From Macrostomum lignano (Eukaryota): 64,000 nt of DNA. This document shows, piece after piece, positions 49,545-62,842 of this stretch. The notes below the pieces were generated by a model that ran no database searches, was not told where the DNA came from, and saw only the letters and a program-made list of their open reading frames with translations. A program made the position numbers and the translations under genes. Every line of letters begins with the position of its first letter. Position 1 is the stretch's first letter. Where the stretch lies: assembly GCA_002269645.1 (NCBI GenBank), contig NIVC01001449.1, forward strand, positions 186,001 through 250,000, read 5' to 3'.

Positions 49545-52500
49545 TATTAAATAATGATACTTTTGACGCGGCTGGGCTTCACTGTGAACTGGGCGAAAAG
49601 TCAGGCACCAACTCAGCGCATGACTTTCCTGGGTGTCGAGTTCGATACGGTGGCTGGCATCAAGAGGTTGCCCGAGGAGAAGGCGTGGAACCTGGCTGAG
49701 CTGTTAGCAACTGAAAGGAGCAAAACAAAGATCAGCAAGCGGGCCTTGCAACGCTTGATCGGCAACCTTGGCTGGGCGGCGCAGGTGATTTGCAAAGGGA
49801 AAACTAATTGCGTGATCTGATCGAAGTGTGCAACGCTTTGCGACCTGACGAGATGATTAAAGTCAGCCTACAGTTATCCGACAATAATCCATCAATTCAG
49901 CTGATGGATTGTGGCGCTGGAGTCTGCCCGGTGGGTGGAGCTCTGGCCCGTCTTCAAGAATCATGTTGCAATCGAGTCTGATGCGTGTGGAAGAGGCGGG
50001 GCAGCGGTGCTTCGAAGGTCGGATCGCAGTTGGACTGGTGCTACGTCAGTTGGAGCCAAGACGCGGCCGGAGTGTTCGCTGATCTGCAAAGAGGCGGTGG
50101 CTCCTCTGCTGTCAATCCAGCGCTGGAGGGAAGAGCTGGAAGGCTGTAATGTTAGCGTTTATTGTGACAACATGGCGGCGTGCCATATTATCAACAATGG
50201 CACTTCGAGGTGTCCCCTCGTGCAGAGATTACTGCAGACGATTGCGCTGATGTCATTACGGTATAGTCTGAGAGTTCGAGCCTTTCATGTGCCGGGAGAG
50301 TTTCAAATTCTCGCCGATGCAGCGTCTCGGTTGCACGAGCGCAGTCAGTTGATTATTTTTTTTCGTTGCTATGGCAACTTGTGCCCGTTTGCTTTGCAAT
50401 CAATGCACCGACATGCTTTCTGCTCTGCCCATTTTCTTCATTTTCAGCCCGTCCAGCTTCGCCATGCAGACTCTCTCAGCCGCCAGGCCGCGTCGCTGCT
50501 AGGCGTCTCCATGCACCACGGTCGAGACAGGCGGTGGCAAGGCACATCCGTGAGTGGCAAGCTTACTGCAAGCAGACCAGCTGCAGTCCTGTATCCTGTC
50601 CGCTGAACAGACTGCGCGAATACCTGCCCAGCCTAGTCGGGACGCGTTTGCGTGCGTACGGCAGCGTTGCTTCTGTCGCCAGCTCGCTGTCCGTATGGTT
50701 TCGCTTCAACTCTGCACCAGATCTGACAAAGCATGCCGCCACCACTCTCCTCCTGCGAGGTGCCAAGCGAGAGCTGAGATGTCGGGTGTCGAGAAAACGA
50801 CAATTATCGCCGCTCATGTTGCGGGAGATTCAACAGCGAGTCAGTCGTTCTGACGGTTTTCTGCTTGCATGCTGGGCAGTCACTATCTGCTGTTGGTGGG
50901 GCATGCTTAGAAAATCTAGTGTGCTGCCAACTTCAGGAAAAGGTCCGACACGTGTGCGCTGCGCTGACGTCTTTCGACATCCGCTGGGTCTTATCTTGGC
51001 GCCTGGACCAAGGGAAGACTATCCAGTTTAAAAAGCGAGTGCACCAGGTGCTTTTTCCAAGGCTAGTGACGCGGAGCCTGACTAGAGTTGGCGATCGAGC
51101 AGCACGCACGATTCAATAATCTGCATTTGGCGGATGTGCTGTGAATGTGCATGCTCAATGCTATTATGCAATGTACGCGCACTGATGTACATCTATGAGT
51201 ATCAGTCAGATTAATTTCATTCATTTGGCCAGCGGCCACAACACTGGCATCGCAAACAGGGACTTAGCGAAAACCCACCCCGGGCAAACTTCAAATTCAA
51301 AATTCAACTCACGGCAGCCAAGGCCCACAAGCCCAACTCTCGCTATCGCATTGCAATTCTGCAAACTCAGCACAACGAAGTTAGAAATGAGCAGCTCTGA
51401 CAACGCCACAGCGCCAGCGCTACGACTAAACCTCAGAGAACAGCCTCCATTTCTCGACAACCCAGGAACACCTGTGGGCCGCTGAGTTCGATAACTACCT
51501 GCTAGCGTCAGGAGTCGACGGCTTGCAAGAAGCCAGGAAGATCGCACTACTCGTGCACTGCCTCGGGCGGGAAGGAGTGCGAGTCTACCGGACTCTCATC
51601 AAGTCTCCAGATGAAGCTCCAGCGACACTCGAAGCGGCATGCAAACTGCTCAAGGAGCACTTTCAGCCCACCGTCAGCGTGTATGCCAAGCGCCATGACT
51701 TCCAGAAGTGCGTCCAGCGGAGCGGCGAAGGCGTGCACGCATTCGTGGCAAACTGGCGCCATGCCGCCAGAGAATGCGAGTTCCAGAGCCTTCACGACCG
51801 ACCTCATCCTGGACCAGCTGATCTTCGGCACTTCATCAGCGAAGGTGCGCGAACGCCTCCTGCTAGAGCAAGAGCTCACCCTGGACGGAGCAATCCAGAT
51901 TGCCGCCCAGGTGGAAAAGGCTGTCCAGAGTGAGAAGTCCTTGACCGGCAAGAATGCAGCTGACGACGGCATCAGGAAGATCAACGCCAAGAGAGCTCCG
52001 ATCGGCACCAGAGGCCAGGCAGTGCGACCATCGCAGGAGCCCTGCTGCTCACACTGCGGTAAGCCGGACCACCGCGCAGGCAGCGACCCGCGCTGCGCTG
52101 CCCGTGGCAAAGCGTGTAAGAAGTGCGGGAAGCTCAACCACTTTGCCAGCGTGTGCAAGAGCAGCACCACGGCACCGCACTCGGCTCAGAATAATGTTCA
52201 AGGCGTCGACTTCGACAGCTCCACTCAGCAAAGCATCATCGCCGTCAGCACGGACAAGAAGGGTGAGTACAAGAAAGAGAGCCAGCGTCAGGATTAACGG
52301 GTTTAGAACTCCGCTGTTGGTGGACACAGCTGCCAAAGTCTCCATGATCAACATGCAGACCTGCCATAAGCTTTTCGGCTCGAAGGTCCCCCTGCGACCG
52401 TCTGGGAGACAGCTCGTGTCGTACAACGGCTCCAGCATCAGCGTCGCCGGTGAGGTCGACGCCACGGTCGAGTTCGACCGCGTCCAGCTCCAGTCGTTCA

Positions 52501-55500
52501 CCTTCACCGTCGTCATGGACGGCGATGACCTGATGGGAATCGACCTGATGGACAAGCTGAACTGCAGAGTTCTCAGGCCTTCCGGACATCTCCTCCTGCG
52601 AGGTGCGAAGCGAGAGCTGAGATGTCGGTTGTCGAGAAAATGACCATTATCGCCGCTCATGTTGCGGGAGATTCAACAGCGAGTCAGTCGTTCTGACGGT
52701 TTTCTGCTTGCATGCGGGGCAGTCACCATCTGCTGTTGGTGGGGCATGCTTCGAAAATCTAGTGTGGTACTTGCTGCGGTCGAGTCAGAGGAGCCTCCGA
52801 CCACGTCGATGCCCGAATGGATTCCAGTCAAATACCACGCCCTGGGCACCGGACTCGGTGAGATCAAAAGGTTCTGCCACCGTCCGAGAGTTGACCCAAA
52901 TGTGCCGCCCATGGCTCAGCGTCTGCGCCGACTGCCTCTAGCGCTGCGCCAGGAGTGCGACAGCGAGATTCAACGCTTGGAGGAAGAAGGCATCATCAAG
53001 CGAGTCGACGGCGACATCCCTGACTGGCAGTGCAACGTCACCTGTGCCCGCGGAAGCTGCGCCTCTGCGTTGATCTGGGAAGCGTCAACAAGGCGATCAT
53101 CCTGGACTCGATGTCACTGCCTACCTTCGCCGACCTGGTGACAGAATTCAACAATCGAAGTTTTTCTCAAGGATCGACCTCAACCAGTCGTATCTACAGC
53201 TGCCTCTGCATGATGACGCCAAGAACCTGACCTGCTTCCACACCGAATCCGGCCTCTACCGATTCAGACGGATGCCGTTCGGCATAAGCTTGGCTCCGGC
53301 GGCCTTCCAGAAGGTCGTCGGCAAGATCCTTCAAGGCATCAGAGGCGTCGTTCACTATCAATACGTTCGCTGTTCACGCCGCTACGGAATCCGAGCACGA
53401 AAGTCGCGTACTTCAGGTACTGGACAAGCTGCTGCAGCATCGGGTAACCGTCAACCTCAAGAAGAGCACCTTCAAGGCGTCGGAAATCGAGTTCGTCGGA
53501 CACCGCGTCAGCGCAGCGGGAATTCAACCCCTCCAGTCGCACACCGAGTCCGTATCGGAACTCAAGGCACCCACAAATACGGCAGAGTTGGCTTCATTCC
53601 TCGGCTTTGCAAAGTTCTTCCAGTTCTACATCAAGAACCTGTCTCACGTCGCCGGGCCGCTGACAGTGCTCCTGCGCAAGGACACGCCATGGAACTGGAA
53701 CGCGAAATGCGAGGCAGCCTTCAGCGAGGTGAAGCGGCTCATCTCATCAGCACCGTGCCTGAAGTTCTTCGACCAAGATCACGAGACCGTCGTCTCCTGC
53801 GACAGCAGCGGCGTCGCCCTGGGCGCGACACTGAGCCAAGTCGACGAGCACGGACAGCTGCGGCCATTTGCCTTCGCCTCTACTTCGCCTCTACTCTGCG
53901 TCAGAGAAGGAGGCCTTGGCCTGCGTCTAGAGCTGCGAGTATTGGCACCTGCTGCTATACGGTTGCAAGTTCAAGCTTCTCACCGACCATCAAGCGCTGA
54001 CAACCCTCTTCGACGACCTCTTCGACTTCAGCGCTGGTGCGAGCGACTCTTCGTCCACGACTTCGACATCGAGTACGTCCCCGGCAAGCTCAACGTCTAG
54101 CCCGACTTTCTATCTTGCTACGGCTACGACGGCAAGAGCCCAGCCAACGAGTCCAAAAAACAGCACCAGAGCGAGTCCGACATCAACCTGGTGCTGGCCA
54201 GAAGCGCCGAGCCGATCTCAGTCACTCAACTGGCCGATGCAACCAAGTGCGACAACCAACTGCAGCGAGTCATCGCGTTTTTCATCAACGGATGGCCAGC
54301 CGAGGTTCCAGCCGACCTGAAGGGCTTCCACCAAGTGCAACACGAGCTCTACCTGTGGAACGATGGTTGCTGTCTGGCGAGAGGCAGCCGAGCCGTCATC
54401 CCGACTGACCTCCGCGACCTTGTGCTGGCAGAGGCGCATCAAGGACATCTCGGCGTCGCCAAGGTCAAGGCGCGGTGCCGCGATACGGTCTGGTGGCCGC
54501 GCATCGACAGCGACGACGTGGAGGCCTTCGTGCGGAACTGCAGCGCCTGCTTCCTGTCCGAGAAGGCGTTCAAGCCGATCAAGGTCCCATGGTCAACGAC
54601 GGAGCTACCAGCGGGTCCATGGCGGCAGCTGCAAGTCGAGATATCGTTGGAGAGCTGCCGGAAGCCAATGTGCCGCAGTCACATCGATTTTTCATTGTCG
54701 TTCACGATCTCTACTCCAAGTGGCCTGAGATCATCGCATCTTCATCCGTGACTTCCGCTGCTTGTATCGAAGCCCTTCGCAGCCTGTTTGTCCGCTGGGG
54801 GCTTCCAGACGAAATTACCACGGACAACGGACCTCAGTCTTTGTCGATCGAGTTCACGGACTTCCTCAGCTCGCTCGGCATCAAACACCGTCGCACTCCA
54901 CAGTGGATGGCGGAGTCGAGAGGTTCAACGGCTTCATCAAGACCTCACTGCGCGCACTTCTCGCTAATGGTGTGCCGGTGAAGCAGGCGGTTCAGGAGCT
55001 GCTGCTCGTGTATCGGTCATCCGAGCACGCGCTGACCAAGAAGTCGCCGGCCGAACTGATGCTGGGACGGAAGCTCCGCCTGCCTCTCGATCGTCTTCAA
55101 CCAGCAATTAAGCACCGAGTCAACGACGGACCAGGAGCTGCGGCGCAGCGTCACGGAGCGACAGTAGCGGGCCAAGAGCCGCCGCCGGATACGCAAGCGG
55201 AACCAGCCGCTGAAGGGCGCAGCACTGACTGTCCGGAGCCACGTCCGCGTCCGCCGGCCGAGGCGCGGAAAGCTCAGCAGCGGCGTCTCCGAGCCACAGA
55301 CAGTCGTCAGTCGCGAGGGCAACACGATCACCCTGACCGATGGCAGCCGCTGGCACATCAGCCGATGCATCCTGGATGACTACCACGGCTGGGGTGACGG
55401 AGCCGACGACACAGAGGCTCTGCAACAGCCGGACGGCGGGCAACCAGAGGCGGCGCCACCGCCAACGCCACCGCTGCGTCGCTCTGAGAGACTTCGCGCA

Positions 55501-56130
55501 CCGCCTCAATGGTTCGGCAACATTGTGACTCACGATTGACTGACTTGACTAACTGACTGCTCATGCACTGAAACTGTTCCATTGAAATTGCTTGCTTTAA
55601 TGCGTCTGCTAATCCCACCCGTAATCTGTCACCTCTTTGCACGGGGGGATGATGTTGTGAATGTGCATGCTCAATGCTATTATGAAATGTACGCGCACTG
55701 ATGTACATCTATGAGTATCAGTCAGATAATATATATTGGCTAGATCACTATAGCTGAGAGCTACCTCTCCTCTCCTCGCCTTCGTCTCAAGTGAATTGAT
55801 TTAATTCATTTGGCCAGCGGCCACAACAGGATGCACCCCTGTTCACTTATCGCGACGCTGGAGGCAATAAGCGGCTGTTGACGGGCAGGCAACTCGATCG
55901 CTTCCTAGCTGACAAGTTGGGTGCAACGGGCTTCAAGCGTAAGCCCAGCCCACAGCCTCAGCCGTGGCGGCGCGACCTGGGCTTCAGTGTTGGGTGTGCC
56001 GGTGCCCGACATTATGCAGATTGGGGACTGGAAGAGCAAGGCAGTGCAGCGGTATCTTCCGCAGTCGCAGCAGGGCTTGGCAGCTTCTGTCGTGTTTGCT
56101 AGAGGTGTAGGCACTCTCTTTTGACGTTGA
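49545..56130 (+). mobile_element. Decayed Ngaro-type element 2 (RT end, RNase H, YR), split by Gypsy 2
   Basis: LGFTVNWAK..FLGV, ESDA..YCDN..ADAASRL, WWGMLRK. After the Gypsy the YR resumes with APLFTY..HSLSRGGA..GDWKSKAVQRY. Multiple frameshifts. Confidence 0.88.
51137..55828 (+). mobile_element. Gypsy (Mag-like) LTR retrotransposon 2, degraded, inserted in the YR gene of Ngaro 2
   Basis: TSD GGATG; 5' LTR 51137-51243, 3' LTR 55653-55828; PBS-like TGGCATCGC; PPT GGGGGGATGA; double zinc knuckle, protease VDTAA, RT, RNase H and integrase remnants. Confidence 0.93.
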
Positions 56131-57289
56131 CATTCAACTTTTCAAAGTTCCGGTTTTTCCTTTGTTCGCTTTCCCTCCGCTTCGTTGCTTTGGCTTTGGA
56201 CGTCTCACTGCTGCTTTCGCTTTGGCCAAAATCGCTTCTTCGTGTTTTGCTTTGGGGCACTAGCTATGAAAATTAACTCCATAGACTAACATTTATCCAG
56301 CCGAGGAGCCGGGACTAGCTAGCTATACAGAGAACCCTCTTTCTGCTCTCAGGTCTATGGTATTGGTATATTATTGATATCCTGATATAATGTCTTGTAT
56401 AGTGGACTGATTATTTTTTTACATTGTCGAAACCTTTTAAACCTTTTTAGCAGTACACTCTCCCTTTCCATACAATAAGGCTTGTGCAGGCAGAAGCCAA
56501 GATTATTTGCCAGGAACAAATAGTAGAAAGTGTAGAGAGTTTGATAAAAAGCGACCAGATGAATGTCATTGATTGCATGCCAGGGGAAGTCCGAATTCAA
56601 TCATCGTTGCCCATGTCGAAAGAAGGATTCATAATTCATAATTCATAAGAGGAATTCACAGTGAAAGGCAAAATGAAAGATTTAATTGGGTTCAGCAGTT
56701 CCAATGATGAAATTCCTAATAATCATTCCCGCCAATCACGCACTGGGGTTAGTTGAAATATCCTGTCACCAATCAACTCCCATATAACCATCTACTACCA
56801 CGACTTCTAAAAACTTTCTTGCCGTGCTGTGCTTTCTGAGAAATTTAACTGGACTCGTACGAGACCTTCCATTAATTCAATTTAACATTAGGGTCTGACA
56901 TAGCTTACTAAACCAAGCCAAGCATCGAAATGAACGATTCAATGACAAACGCGTAAGTTACAGCAATCGTACGTCTATTGTCTCATCAGGCACTTTGAAT
57001 GAAACAGATGCTTCTCCATTCTACGAGCGTATATCAAGGACTACTAGGAATACTTCGTTATAGAAGGACGTTACACTCTCGATTCGTGTAAAAATATTTG
57101 AAGGCCCATTTTCGTTGTCTTATACAAAAATCTAAACAAGCTGGCGACTAAAGTAACTTTCTACACGCAACCGAAAAGACATTTTAATAACCGGTCTTTA
57201 ACTATTGTCTACGTTTTGTAACAGCGTCCTTCTAGCCTGTTAGTCCTTGGCGTATATACTAAAAATGAGTTATCTGGCCTTTTATTCAT

Positions 57290-58369
57290 ATGAGATCTGT
57301 CTTAAGTCCTAAAACTGCTCAAACCAGGACCGAGCCAGGCTCCACCGAAGCCTCACCGCTGAGCGCCCTCAACGTTGTCCGACTCGCCTTGGAGGCGGTC
57401 ATCTCGGCCACCGCCATCGCGGGCAACTCTCTCACGGTGGCAGTCGTAATGTTGAACCCGACCATGCGCAAGCCAACCAACTACCTGGTAGCCAATCTGG
57501 CTGCTACGGATTTCCTCGTTGGCAGCGTGGCCATCCCCATCTCCCTGGTCTCAGAGAATGGCTTTCCAAGAAATGATTTCAATGGCTGCCTAATTTTAAA
57601 CTCTTTAATAGTAAGTCTCACCCAGGTGAGCATATTCGGCATGCTGGCAATATCGCTGGAACGATTCACAGCCGTATTCATGCCACTGAGGTACCGGCGT
57701 CTCAGCTCGAGTCGGTGGATCTCCATCATTTGCCTGGCGACCTGGCTGGCAGGCCTACTGGCTGGGAACCTGCCACTGATGGGCTGGAATCTGGGCCCTC
57801 CTGCCAACGGTCAGTGCAGCTTTGTGGCTGTCATCGACATGAATTTCATGGTTTATTTCAACTTCTTCGTGTGCGTCCTGCCTCCGCTGCTTGTTGTCGG
57901 CGTTGTGTACGGCTGCATCTTCAAGGCTCTCATAGACAGAGCCAGTGCTCAAGTAGAAAGCGTAAAAGCTCAACGAGGTGATTCTGAGTTCTGTTCCGCC
58001 AATAGAACTGCAGTTGACGCTGCTGGAAGTAACGATAGCAACCAAGGAGGCAAGCTTTCACTCAGCGAGCGCAGAGCAGCAAGGAGCCTCGCTGTAGTTG
58101 TGCTTCTCTTCTTCCTGTGTTGGCTGCCGCTGCACTGCCTCAACGCTGTCAGCCTGATGTGCTCGGAGGCCTGCGCCTACCCGTACGAGCTGCTTGTTGG
58201 CGCAATTCTGCTGAGCCACGCCAACAGCGCCGTCAACCCGTTTGTGTATGCCCTGTCCAGCACGCAGTTCCGCTCCGCCTACAGGCGGCTGCTGCAGCTC
58301 CCAAAGTGCTGGCGACGATGCAGCACCGCCGTTGGGCCGACTGTGATAATGCGTCTTGAAAGCACCTGA
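57290..58369 (+). CDS. Adenosine-receptor-like class A GPCR, 359 aa, single coding exon
   Basis: Motifs typical of adenosine receptors: TQVSIFGMLAISLERF..PLRY, PLMGWN, MNFMVYFNFFVCVLPPLL, ERRAARSL..CWLPLHCLN, LSHANSAVNPFVYA. The start Met is not certain. Confidence 0.88.
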   Translation: MRSVLSPKTAQTRTEPGSTEASPLSALNVVRLALEAVISATAIAGNSLTVAVVMLNPTMRKPTNYLVANLAATDFLVGSVAIPISLVSENGFPRNDFNGCLILNSLIVSLTQVSIFGMLAISLERFTAVFMPLRYRRLSSSRWISIICLATWLAGLLAGNLPLMGWNLGPPANGQCSFVAVIDMNFMVYFNFFVCVLPPLLVVGVVYGCIFKALIDRASAQVESVKAQRGDSEFCSANRTAVDAAGSNDSNQGGKLSLSERRAARSLAVVVLLFFLCWLPLHCLNAVSLMCSEACAYPYELLVGAILLSHANSAVNPFVYALSSTQFRSAYRRLLQLPKCWRRCSTAVGPTVIMRLEST

Positions 58370-59245
58370 TGCTGGAGGTTATCGCGTGACCACAGCTTTT
58401 GGTTTTATTGTTAATAAAAAATGCGCTTGGATGTGGGAACAGGGGCAGCTCAGCGGTAAACACGGACTGAATGTGCTCAGGAATGGGAATAATTCTGGGA
58501 CGTGGTTGTTGCTGTGGGACCATGTCGCCGCTGAAGCTGTTGGGCCAGTGCGCCAACAAGCCTCCTGCGAGTACAACTATAGATGACGCTGCACCTTTGC
58601 AAGCGACGGAAGTAAGGATACGAGGAAGTCGTCAGCTTTTAAGCACAAGATTACGAGTATTAGATGTTCCTATATTTCTATTGTATTGTTTTTACAGTTA
58701 CAGTCTATGAGAATAAATATTTGGTTACAAACATTGTGTGTGCTTTTGTCTGCGATATTATTTTTCTGTCATTTTTTTCTTGAATTTTTTTGCTGTGTGG
58801 CAGGGTGTTATCTGTTGCTGGGCATATGCATGTACATTATCGAATAAAAAGCCGTCTCGGAGTGCCCCGGCAACGGCACGCAAACTAGCTGAGTAGCATG
58901 TTTATTTGCCAGTAACTAGATGAATTATAAGAATCAAAGCTAAGAAGTAAACTACAGCTTGTATCACAGACAGAATTGCAACAAAAAGGTAGACAAAGAC
59001 ATTAAAGTGGCATTAGTAAAGTTTTACTACATCCTTGATTTGAATTCGCAACGGACCAAGAGACGAAAGAATTATTATTATGATCATCACAGGTGTCGTT
59101 AATGTACTAATTTTGCTCACCTTTATATAATTCTTATTGCTTTCAGATGATCAACGGGGATCAAACAGAGTTGCTTGGCAGTGGCAAAACGGAGCTTGTC
59201 AAGAGTTGCTCAAATCTTCATGCATTTTTTTCTCCACCATGTTGC

Positions 59246-59606
59246 TTTTTTTATTAGAGGCAGGGGGGTTGTGTGCACCCTGGCGCACTTTAAGCGACAC
59301 AGGCACACAACCGGCGAAAGGCATTGCTGCCCATTCCACCGACTCCCCTGAGCAGGCACACAAGCGCGCGGATACGTACGCAGGCACACACTCACACAGG
59401 AGTGTACAGCGGCCCTAACTTTATATTATCGTTAGGCATGTACACTTCACTGCGCCTTGGGGGTTGGCTCTCAAGGCCGTTAATTGCACGAGCAGAGCCA
59501 AGCCGAGATTCCACTTCAGCCCCAAATTAATGTGACTGCACTTGGAATCGAGCCTGGGTCGCTGGCACACCAGAGCAGCTGCGCTACCGCTGGGCTACGG
59601 CCCCCC
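59246..59606 (-). mobile_element. tRNA-derived SINE, family 1, copy B
   Basis: Reverse complement of 9631-9996 with few substitutions; TSD ACCATGTTG (59236-59244, 59609-59617). Confidence 0.9.
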
Positions 59607-59735
59607 TTACCATGTTGTTTCATTCATTTAGCTTACATTGAAGTCGAGTTTTGTTCATGGTTAAGCCAGATATGCAGTCATTAGGAAACCAACTAAGGTA
59701 ATATTTTGCTATCTCGAAAACTTTCTCTCTTTCAC

Positions 59736-59737
<2 letters not shown>

Positions 59738-59775
<38 letters not shown>
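59738..59775. repeat. (CT)n microsatellite
   Basis: Uninterrupted CT run. Confidence 0.95.
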
Positions 59776-59776
<1 letters not shown>

Positions 59777-60606
59777 AACTATTTCCCCAGTGCTCCTGTC
59801 TATGGTCGATTAACGACCCTGCATCAAAATCCGTGCGTTATCCATCCATTATCGTATCAATGGTGGCCATCTTAAAAATCTATAAGCTATAAGGATAAAA
59901 CTTCATGATTTTGATCTTACCATGTTTCCTACGCGCATAAGCATGTGCTGCATATGCTATAGACCGGATTGCCACGGGTCTCTAAAGTAATACTCCATGT
60001 AGTTCCCAAATTCTGTTTCAAAAATATAGAATCTAATTACAAAAGCGTCGAATAATTATAGAGCACTAATGCCTTGACAGCTTTCTGCATAACAGGAAAA
60101 CAGCATAATGCAGTCCAAAAATGAGATCGAAATTGGATGTTTATTATGAGGCTATAGCTTTCAGCAATGCAGCCGCAGCTAGCTCGTAAAAGTGCATGCA
60201 AATGTGTGAAAAACATTTCATATTTGGCCTCGTCCTCATCATCCACATAATTACAGCAGCTGTAGTTTAATTAAACAACAGGTAACTTCCGGGCCACTTA
60301 ATGTTGACTAAATGCCCTTTGTTTCCTCTCTGTGCTAAGAATGTACATTTGCACGGTAAAGTTGTGTGCACTTGCTAATTTTCAGTCAAGTTGATTGCAC
60401 AGGCAATTCCCATTTTCACAGGTAATGCCTGGGAACCACTGCAGATGCGCACCTACGTACGTCTACAGACTGCATGTAATTCAAATATGCTCATTAGATC
60501 CCGATTCCCTTTGATAAAACCGGATCTGGTATACATGTAAGTTGTAAATCCGGCCTTATCTCTGAATTCTTCTCAACTGTTTTATTGTTCTTAACTGGCC
60601 GCAGGT

Positions 60607-60790
60607 ACTCCTCTTAGCGCCGCAGGAACTCATTTTAGCGCCACTGGCACTCATTTTAGCGCCACTGGCACTCATTTTAGCGCCACTGGCACTCATTTTA
60701 GCGCCACTGGCACTCATTTTAGCGCCACTGGCACTCATTTTAGCGCCACTTGCACTCATTTTAGCGCCGCGGGTACTCATTTTGGCGCCG
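60607..60790. repeat. 21-bp tandem repeat (ACTCATTTTAGCGCCACTGGC), about 9 copies
   Basis: 21-bp period starting at 60628, 60649, 60670; explains the KMSASGA repeat ORF. Confidence 0.95.
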
Positions 60791-62394
60791 AAGGGCACCT
60801 GGAAGAAAAATTATTGATTGCCACAACAGGTCACAAGGTGGGGTGGGGGGGGGCAAAGCATTGGCAATGTCCCCCATTACCCCATAGCCTTTAAGGGGGG
60901 CATGTCCCCCCTGTCCCCCCCCCGCGCCTGCAAACAGCCCTCTAGCCCGAACTAATGCTTCTGTCTATGGATTTTCGGGCAGTGATGAGCTCTGATTCTG
61001 ATCCTGTCCTCAAATCCATTGACAGAGCTGTGTTGTCACATCATTACAAGGGCGCCACTAAGCATTAACCATAGACGAAACTAGCAGGCACGGAATGAAT
61101 TCGCGGGCACACATTGACGATTCCGTGTGCGTGCGGTCCGCAAAATCTTAGGACAACAATATTCCGACGTCCACCTAAGTAACTGCGGCGTCGATGGGAA
61201 TCCATGGCAAATTTAGTACTTTTATTTACCAGTAGCATATTTACACTGCCGATGTCTCGATCCTACGTCTGATTGTTGTACAGGTAGTATATTTTACCTC
61301 TGCATACATATATACATGTACTTTAGCGTCAGTCCTTATCCAGCGTCTGTACAAGCACTCGGGAGGTTAGTTACATGCACGATTATCAGCTGTTATTACT
61401 TATTTGCATATGATATCCGACTTTCGAATTCAAATCCTGCATATAGTATCGATCTGGTAATATAGATATATTCTCAGCAACATTGATGATAACGGTCATC
61501 CAAGACCTAGTGCGTTTCAGCGAAAATTACAGAAGACAGAAATTACGTACAGAGTGTAATGAGCCGAAGTCAATCGCTATGCCAATGCTCTGGGGTGACG
61601 GCTTTCAATGTTCTACATGAATTTATATGGGGTGCATGGGTAACTGGGTACCCAACGTACATGTAAGCCTAAATATTTTGAAACAGTTTGACTAAAAATT
61701 AGATTCCTGACTGTAGCCAATTGTTGGATGACGATATTGGTGAGCCGGCCGGGTTGCCGAAATGGACAGAGGACTCTATCAAAATCGGGATCTAAAGAGA
61801 TTTTCCCGCGAGCGAGTTAATTTGCCGCTAAAGCTTTGTCTGAGAAGCATTTCCTGAATAAAGTTCAATTTCAAGATTTTCCCACTGAGATTTTTTGCCG
61901 AGTCTTTTGACAACTGATAGTAAATGTTTATACAAACGCAATTATTTTATTTCTCTTCCCCTTCTCCCCCTGTGACTTCGGCACCCCCGTGATGACTCAT
62001 TGGGATTATTCATCACGATGATTCATGCTTATCGCCCACCCCACCAACACCACCTCCTTTCTGACCCCCATCTTCCAAAGCTTTTTATGCCTGTTATCTT
62101 TTACGTAATCCCCCATCATGAACCTTTTTTCTCCGCTTCGTACCACCCCAATTTCTCGTCCAATCACAGCGCGACTGACGGGTGACATCATCAAGGTTGT
62201 TTGGAAACGGAGGTCAAGGACAAGTCACGGCCTTCAATATCACGCATCACGCTCACGTGATCGCGTGACGCGTGATCTCAGGTCTATAAATAAGAGCCCG
62301 TTTTGAGCCCTGAGCGGCGCTGGTTTTTGAACTTTCACCCTGGCCCTGAGCACGGCAACGTTTCCTGTGCCACCACTTCCTGAACCTGCTATAA

Positions 62395-62842
62395 CTTCCT
62401 GCTGTAGCGTCCACTCCGAGACGTGGACGCTGACGGCTACGCTAGAGCGGCAGCTGGACTCGGCGCACTCAGGGCTGCTCCGTGCGGCCTTTCGAGCTGA
62501 CGAGAGCGTCGGGACCGAGGCCCTGTACGATCGGGCCAAAAGCTGCAGTGCCCGTCCACCATCCTGCGCCGGCGGCGACTTCAACTGGCCAGCCACGTGA
62601 TCCGGGCCGAGGGCTACCGCCCCCAACCTGTTCAGGACGTCCTGCTGCTCACCTTGCAGGGTCTGTTCAGGCGGGGTCAGGCCCGAACCCGTCGATACGT
62701 GGACTGCCTGCTGTGCGACGCTGGGGTGCCCGACACTGCCAATGGAGCGGACTTTGTTCGCTCCCAGGCTCTGCGGCGCACCATCTGACGCGCCCTGCTC
62801 TAACTGTGAGCTTTGCTTGCGGGGCCGCGTATTTTGTTGTTC

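Noticed and set aside
60975-61010. C/D-box snoRNA (GTGATGA..CTGA with short terminal stem)
   Set aside because: C-to-D distance is only about 10-15 nt, leaving no room for a guide. It lies inside a small inverted repeat (60961-61025).
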